A DNA stretch of 7,324 bases from Neoechinorhynchus agilis (taxonomy: Eukaryota; Animalia; Acanthocephala). The notes beneath the pieces were generated by a model. The model had not been told where the DNA came from. It searched no databases and saw only the letters and a list, made by a program, of their open reading frames with translations. The translations under genes were made by a program, and so were the position numbers. Positions within the stretch are counted from its first letter, which is position 1, and each line of letters begins with the position of its first letter. Positions 1 through 6,162 of the stretch are shown piece after piece. The stretch is from contig JBMGUZ010000096.1 in assembly GCA_051530055.1 (NCBI GenBank), positions 1 to 7,324 on the forward strand, written 5' to 3'.

Positions 1-306
1 CAAACCCGTAGATTCATTAGTTAAATCGCAAGTTGGGTTTTTGGTGTCCTAAGATGATTACATTGAACGCAATTTTCTAAAAGGTTTCGTAAGTATAAAG
101 GGAGGCGAATACTGAGGAACCGAATGGAATAGTCTCTCTTTTGTTTGTAAAGACGCATTATATAGTTTTTAGAAATTCTACGGACAGACGTTTATAAAGG
201 CGTGATTAAAACAAACCTGTCTTCCCAGTAAATGTAGCCGTCGTTGTGTCCGTGTTAGTTTTTCTGCAAAATAACAAGAAAAAGACGACGAGAATCGGTG
301 TGGTAG

Positions 307-1803
307 GTGAAGTTCGATTTTTGATAGGGCGAGAGCCTGACCGGGAAAATTCGGAGGTGCTGGCATTGATCCGCGATTCTACTGAACTGGACCATGTTTA
401 CGGCGAGGATGAAGTACCTACTAATAGCAGTGATCTTAATTTGAGTGCAGCTCAGGTTTCAGGAACTGAGGTAGGTTGACCATCTCGAATGAGACATGTT
501 TTTGTTTTCTTCATAGATTCCGATTGAAGTATCGAATAGCGGTGGGGATGGAAGTGAATCTGAAAATGGTGCCGCCATGTTGGTGGTTGCGTCCGAGGAC
601 GACGAAGGACAGGACACTCGATCGTCGTCGCATTTGGCACGCATAGCGGAGCTGGAGAATGAATTATTGTATTTGCGTAAACAAATTCGAAACTTAGATT
701 CTATCCAACAGAGAAATATTCAGCTGGAAAGAAAGGCTCAAGGATACGAGAGACGTTGTGAAGAGCTTCAAAGGGTTGTTAGTTCATTTGAGAAGGAACG
801 GGCGCGGTCAGGCACATCGTCCCATCAGAACTCTCCTCCTCCTACTGCCACTTCAATTTCAAAATCACCACAATCAGCGAATGATATGCCATCATCGGTG
901 ATCGATGAAGCTTCATTGGGAAACATAAAGAAAATACCACCTTCTCTGGTTACGACTGGAGTTGAAACCCCTAAAGAGGAGCAAGAATCATCGAGTCGAC
1001 CTCAATCAAAGTCTCCAATATCAAACGTGATTCCTCATATGTTGTCTTCAATGAAGACGCGTTACAATCTTATGAAAACCATATCAAAAGTTAGTCGTCG
1101 CGTCGTCAGACCCAGCGGTTCAAAGCAGGAAACACCGCCTCCTCCTCCTCCGCCTCCACTTGTTCAACCTAATCAAGCTTTTGAACACAGCTTTCCACTC
1201 ACTCTCGATGACGTCGATGATGTTGCACATGACGGTTGGAGCAGTTTAAGACAAGAAAGCTCGATGAATAGTCACCGTCAATCGCCTAATGCCATTCTCA
1301 GTTCTCGCTCAAACTCAGAACTTTCGACTGCTGCATCGGGAGTCGGTGGACTCAACACTCTTGTTGAGGCTTCTCATAAACTCATTGCTGGATCAGATGC
1401 AGCTGATGGAGGGGCGCCGGAAGGTCTTACCAGGTACCTTCTAAGCGATCGACGTCCAGTTGATGAGTATTTTATAAAAAATCGACCGGTTGGAGAGTGG
1501 ACAGCTGATCAAGTATGCAAATGGCTTTGCACGGTTGGTCTAAGTTCATACGCCCAGACCTTTCTTGAACGAAATGTGAATGGCGATCGACTTCTCCAGC
1601 TCGATCAAGGCAAACTTAAAGTTTGTATATGTAACTCGAACGGGCAACTATTTGTGTTCTTTTTTTAGACCCTTGGATTAAAATCATCAAAGCAACGGGA
1701 TCATGTTCGTCTTTTAATCAAAAAACTAAGAGAAAATGATAAACACAGGAAGACGTCCGCTGGCACAAACACTGGCTGCGTTCAATTTGGCGGCTCTGCT
1801 TGA
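307..1803 (+). CDS. PPP1R9 (nab-1/neurabin): Neurabin/spinophilin-family PP1 scaffold, 3' part only. Exons ~307(uncertain)-470, 517-1620, 1669-1803.
   Basis: The exon ~307-470 reads GEVRFLIGREPDRENSEVLALIRDS, matching from memory the neurabin/spinophilin PDZ C-terminus ([25 protein letters not shown]). Removing phase-0 introns 471-516 and 1621-1668 gives one open frame: heptad-like coiled coil (~634-802), Pro8 (1135-1158), then a SAM domain PVGEWTADQVCKWLCTVGLSSYAQTFLERNVNGDRLLQLDQGKLK|TLGLKSSKQRDHVRLLIKKL, ending at TGA 1801-1803. The 5' exons lie outside the window. Confidence 0.85.
471..516 (+). other. Spliceosomal intron, 46 nt, phase 0
   Basis: GAG|GTAGGT...TTTTCTTCATAG|ATT. It joins ORF 246-479 in frame to ORF 577-1668. 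Confidence 0.85.
1621..1668 (+). other. Spliceosomal intron, 48 nt, phase 0
   Basis: AAA|GTTTGT...TTCTTTTTTTAG|ACC. Removal completes the last SAM helix (KLK|TLGL...RDHVRLLIKKL). Confidence 0.9.
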
Positions 1804-1872
1804 ATCGCTCGACGCTATCTTGTATATATACAAATTCTGTCTTCGATCGGTGCGTGTGATTGTGAAAGATTA

Positions 1873-1900
1873 TTTTTGAGAGAGAGAGAATTCAGATTGG
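1873..1900 (+). repeat. T5(GA)6-containing 28-nt motif, copy 1
   Basis: TTTTTGAGAGAGAGAGAATTCAGATTGG, 70 nt after the neurabin stop; 25/28 identical to the minus strand of 4553-4580. Confidence 0.7.
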
Positions 1901-2220
1901 AAGGCGTGTCCATGGTGAGTGTAAGGTGAGCTGGTTAACTATCCATTTTAAAGTGTTTTATGGTCACATTTTCCCTGCCCCCTTGATGTTGAATAGTAGT
2001 TTGAATTCTGTTTCCAAAAAAACCTACAATTTTTAATGACGTTTTCATTTGTGAGCGTAGTTTTGACAGTTAAAGGAAGTGAAAGTCTCAAGTGTCGCCG
2101 TTATGCAATCTTAGACGCGATTCTTCATTTTCATAAAAGAAGTTGACAATCGTATTGAGGAATGCGAATACTCTTTTTGGGCATAAACGTGATTGTATCA
2201 ACGATTTTTAGGACGACTGA

Positions 2221-2226
2221 AATAAA
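2221..2226 (+). promoter_or_regulatory. Candidate polyadenylation signal for the neurabin gene
   Basis: AATAAA about 420 nt after the stop. Motif only, in AT-rich sequence. Confidence 0.3.
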
Positions 2227-2576
2227 TTCTCAGTGCTTTAAAATCGTGTTTGCCACAGATATACACACACATTTCTATCTGAGACAATCTTCAGAATCGA
2301 CGATAACGTAATTTTTCGACGATTCATCAATGATTCCGACTCTGCTTTTGTTTGCATGCGCCTTAAAAACAAACATTAAAAAGACGATAAGACATCATCT
2401 TTCGAGCTGTTTAACGATTCTTTACGTAAAAGAATTTGCAATGAGTCCCTTTTGGGTATTTTTCTTCTTTATGAAAGAGAACAAAATAATAACTCCATTT
2501 CAGTACAATTACACGCTTTACGTGGGTGTCAGAAATGAATACCCCGCTTCTTTGTAACGCAATACATAGCAGAGCT

Positions 2577-4458
2577 ATGCCTGCCGTGGAGATTTCGACG
2601 GATCTTCGCTGCTACGGTCGCCCGAGAAGTTTGCTAGAAATCCTGAACATTAAAAGGCAAAAGTCCCCGAGCTGAAATCATGGTGATCGGTGCCTGCCTT
2701 CGATTGTTCACCATCGTCTCAACTTCTAGTTTTGGCATTTGGACCGTGTGGATTGCCGGACGAATCCTCAAATCTGAGGTGGCCAATGACAACGGAATGC
2801 CTGCCGTGGAGATTTCGACGGATCTTCGCTGCTACGGTCGCCCGAGAAGTCTGCTAGAAATCCTGAACATTAAAAGGCAAAAGTCCCCGAGCTGAAATCA
2901 TGGTGATCGCTGCCTGCCTTCGATTGTTCACCATCGTCTCAACTTCTAGTTTTGGCATTTGGACCGTGTGGATTACCGAGCAAATCCGGACGAATCCTCA
3001 AATCTGAGGTGGCCAATGACAACGGAATGCGTGCCGTGGAGATTTCGACGGATCTTCGCTGCTACGGTCGCCCGAGAAGTCTGCTAGAAATCCTGAACAT
3101 TAAAAGGCAAAAGTCCCCGAGCTGAAATCATGGCGATCGGTGCCTGCCTTCGATTGTTCACCATCGTCTCAACTTCTAGTTTTGGCATTTGGACCGTGTG
3201 GATTACCGAGCAAATCCGGACGAATCCTCAAATCTGAGGTGGCCAATGACAACGGAATGCGTGCCGTGGAGATTTCGACGGATCTTCGCTGCTACGGTCG
3301 CCCGAGAAGTCTGCTAGAAATCCTGAACATTAAAAGGCAAAAGTCCCCGAGCTGAAATCATGGTGATCGCTGCCTGCCTTCGATTGTTCACCATCGTCTC
3401 AACTTCTAGTTTTGGCATTTGGACCGTGTGGATTACCGAGCAAATCCGGACGAATCCTCAAATCTGAGGTGGCCAATGACAACGGAATGCGTGCCGTGGA
3501 GATTTCGACGGATCTTCGCTGCTACGGTCGCCCGAGAAGTCTGCTAGAAATCCTGAACATTAAAAGGCAAAAGTCCCCGAGCTGAAATCATGGTGATCGC
3601 TGCCTGCCTTCGATTGTTCACCATCGTCTCAACTTCTAGTTTTGGCATTTGGACCGTGTGGATTACCGAGCAAATCCGGACGAATCCTCAAATCTGAGGT
3701 GGCCAATGACAACGGAATGCGTGCGGAGATTTCGACGGATCTTCGCTGCTACGGTCGCCCGAGAAGTCTGCTAGAAATCCTGAACATTAAAAGGCAAAAG
3801 TCCCCGAGCTGAAATCATGGTGATCGCTGCCTGCCTTCGATTGTTCACCATCGTCTCAACTTCTAGTTTTGCATTTGGACCGTGTGGATTACCGAGCAAA
3901 TCCGGACGAATCCTCAAATCTGAGGTGGCCAATGACAACGGAATGCGTGCCGTGGAGATTTCGACGGATCTTCGCTGCTACGGTCGCCCGAGAAGTCTGC
4001 TAGGAACCCGGAACATTGGCTCGAAAAAAAGGGGACACGGGTAAAAGTCCCCGAGCTGAAATCATGGCGATCGGTGCCTGCCTTCGATTGTTCACCATCG
4101 TCTCAACTTCTAGTTTTGGCATTTGGACCGTGTGGATTACCGAGCAAATCCGGACGAATCCTCAAATCTGAGGTGGCCAACAAGGACGGAATGCCTGCCG
4201 TGGAGATTTCGACGGATCTTCGCTGCTACGGTCGCCCGAGAAGTTTGCTAGGAACCCGGAACATTAGCTCGAAAAAAAGGGGACACGGGTAAAAGTCCCC
4301 GAGCTGAAATCATGGTGATCGCTGCCTGCCTTCGATTGCTCACCATCGTTTCAACTTCTAGTTTTGGCATTTGGACCGTGTGGATTACCAGGCAAGTCCG
4401 GACAAATCCTCAAATCCGAGGTGGCCATCAAGGACGGAATGCCTGTCGTGGAGATTTC
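2577..4458. repeat. Tandem array 1 (satellite-like), 230/248-nt unit, 8 units plus 20 nt
   Basis: The marker ATGC(C/G)TGCC recurs at 2577, 2797, 3027, 3257, 3487, 3717, 3943, 4191 and 4439, giving unit lengths 220, 230, 230, 230, 230, 226, 248, 248. Copies are near-identical and no reading frame runs through a whole unit. Confidence 0.97.
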
Positions 4459-4552
4459 CACCTGTTGAAGCCCTTGACGAAACCGAGATGGTCAACTACT
4501 ACTGTGTTTTGTAATCGAAAAACTCGGACTTCTTAGTTTTAGTAGAAAACCG

Positions 4553-4580
4553 CCATTCCGAAATCTCTCTCTCTCAAAAA
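4553..4580 (-). repeat. T5(GA)6-containing 28-nt motif, copy 2
   Basis: The minus strand reads TTTTTGAGAGAGAGAGATTTCGGAATGG, about 94 nt after the minus-strand gene's stop. Confidence 0.7.
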
Positions 4581-4597
4581 CTTCGGCATAAAATAAG

Positions 4598-4603
4598 TTT
4601 AAT
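4598..4603 (-). promoter_or_regulatory. Candidate polyadenylation signal (ATTAAA) for the minus-strand gene
   Basis: ATTAAA variant about 70 nt after the stop, in an AT-rich 3' UTR. Motif only. Confidence 0.3.
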
Positions 4604-4673
4604 AAGAAAAACTATATATGATGGTTAAAATATAATAAATGAAGAATAAATATGAAGCTATAAATGGAGCGTC

Positions 4674-5866
4674 CTAAATACGTAGAGCTCCTTGAGACGC
4701 ATTCAGTTGCATGAAAACCGAATGTGGACTTCGTTCTACCATGGGATCCGGATGATTTTGGAGTAGATTGTAGTGTCCTTCATTGTTTCTGTCCCATTCA
4801 ACAGGTGGAAATTCATATTCGATTAATGAATCGGGAGATGGTGGACTAGATTCTGGTTGATTGTCGAACGATGGATGGGGTAAATCGTATTCTATACGAT
4901 TTCGTCGCTTCGTATTCCATTCAATGCTTTCCTATATCAGGATAGATTTAGAATAAAACAAAAAAGACTTACCATTTGATTGTAAAACCCAATCTTCCTG
5001 GCTTCCCGTACAATAGAGTCTCGATCAATAAGGGATTCTGGGTGACATTGCTGATATTTCATAGGATCTACAGTTGCAACGCCTAGATTCCAAATTCGGC
5101 GATGAACTTGAGGAGTCCCGTCGTTCATAATGACGATATTTCGACGTGAAGTAGGAGGCGGAGCTGGTGGAGCTTTCTGGTAGATGATTTTACGCTTCGG
5201 AGTAGCTGGATAAGGTAGCCATCGTTCCACGAGGACATCTCTTGGTTTAGGTGGTAGAGGAGGAAATCGTTCCACAACAATTCTCCGTTGTGGTCTCGGA
5301 GGTGGTGATAATCGTTTGAATACTAATTGAGGTGGAATCGGTTTTGGCGGATGTGGTGGGAGTTCCCTTAATATGAGAGGTGGTGGTGTTGGTGGAGGCT
5401 TTGGCCTTTCCCGGATGTATATGGGCGCCGGTGTTGGTGGACGAGGAGGTCGGATTTCCCGGATGATTATAACTCCCGGCTCTGGAACTGGTGGAGGTTT
5501 CAGATATTTAAAGAAGATTTTTTGAACATAAGGTTCCATGTATTGTTGCTTGTATTCTTTACGGATAATCACTGGAGATTGTTCGTGGAATGTCTTGAGA
5601 CTTATATCGTCAGTAAAAGATTGATGGGATATTGCACAAGATTCGTTCTTTTCCAAAGGATCCGTTGACAATTTGTAATTTTGAATGGGCTCTACACATT
5701 GGTCGTTTTCCAAAACTTCATTCATTGTTACTGCATCCATGCTTTGAACATCTTCTGTTTTGATAGTTTGATGATGGAAATGGATCTCCGCTGTTTTAGG
5801 ATTAATTGTTTCTTCGACGAGATTCGACATAGTCTTAGGCACTTCTGTCTTGTAGTCTTGAGACAT
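4674..5866 (-). CDS. Uncharacterised proline-rich protein, ~383 aa. Exons 5866-4973 and 4931-4674.
   Basis: A long ORF starts at ATG 5866 (MSQDYK...). Donor ATG|GTAAGT at 4972 and acceptor GATATAG|GAA at 4932 give a phase-0 intron. Exon 2 stays open for 85 codons (ESIEWNTKRRNRIEYDLP...QGALRI) to TAG 4676-4674. The core is periodic (PPP..IIIRE..PP..IYIRERP..LILRE..IVVERFPPLPPKPRDVLVERWLPY). The start is assumed to be the first ATG; an upstream exon is not excluded. Confidence 0.85.
4932..4972 (-). other. Spliceosomal intron, 41 nt, phase 0
   Basis: GTAAGTCTTTTTTG...CTATCCTGATATAG: a consensus donor, and the downstream exon is open in frame. Confidence 0.85.
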
Positions 5867-6162
5867 TAAAGTGGCGATTGCAACAATAAACGTCGAGTGC
5901 ACTTATTCGCGCCGAAAGGGGATATAATTATTTGCGAACAAAACGAACTTAAAATTTGGTTTGTTTTTGTTGTGCAAAACATGTTCAATCAGAAGCTGGA
6001 TCAATATGTTTCGATGTTTGTTAGATTGCATATATCTACAAATCTTCAATCAGGTTTCACCTATTCGCAACTTGCGCAAACAACTAAAAATGGTATTAGC
6101 AGCAACGAAACATCCAACAAGTGAAATGAACTTAGAAAGCTAAAGTAAACATCGTACAGCGG

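Noticed and set aside
178-644. Minus-strand ORFs 178-366, 452-640 and 459-644, plus ORFs 2330-2557, 5681-5869, 5897-6124 and 5961-6143
   Set aside because: They are short, antisense to real exons or in AT-rich non-coding DNA, and show no recognisable motifs.
2898-2950. Helitron-like 3' end (hairpin, ~11 nt, CTAG) in array 1 units
   Set aside because: CTAG is followed by TT rather than a TC start, and the array edges do not coincide with this position.
3091-3104. GCCTTTTA on the minus strand, resembling U5 snRNA loop I
   Set aside because: The match is incomplete, with no flanking U5 stem or proper Sm site.
3130-3230. Pol III A-box/B-box-like strings (TGGCGATCGG; GGACGAATCC)
   Set aside because: The matches are degenerate, the A-box-like variant occurs in only two units, and no tRNA cloverleaf forms.
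4024-4052. A AAA AAG slippery heptamer followed by a stem-loop (-1 frameshift signal)
   Set aside because: There is no spacer between the heptamer and the stem, and no credible ORF upstream or downstream.
2680-4536. Five short ORFs (71-75 aa) in array 1
   Set aside because: They are by-products of the repeat unit: frames switch between copies with 1-10-nt indels, some use non-ATG starts, and no frame spans a unit.
4882-4902. Perfect 9-bp hairpin AAATCGTAT-tct-ATACGATTT in exon 2 of the minus gene
   Set aside because: AT-rich, isolated and within the range expected by chance.
4937-4972. ORF-track C-terminus VSLFCFILNLS and N-terminal GTG-start extension (5902-5867) of the minus gene; VCICNSNGQLFVFFF tail of ORF 577-1668
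   Set aside because: The tails are read-through into introns. The GTG start is not expected in a eukaryote, so ATG 5866 is preferred.
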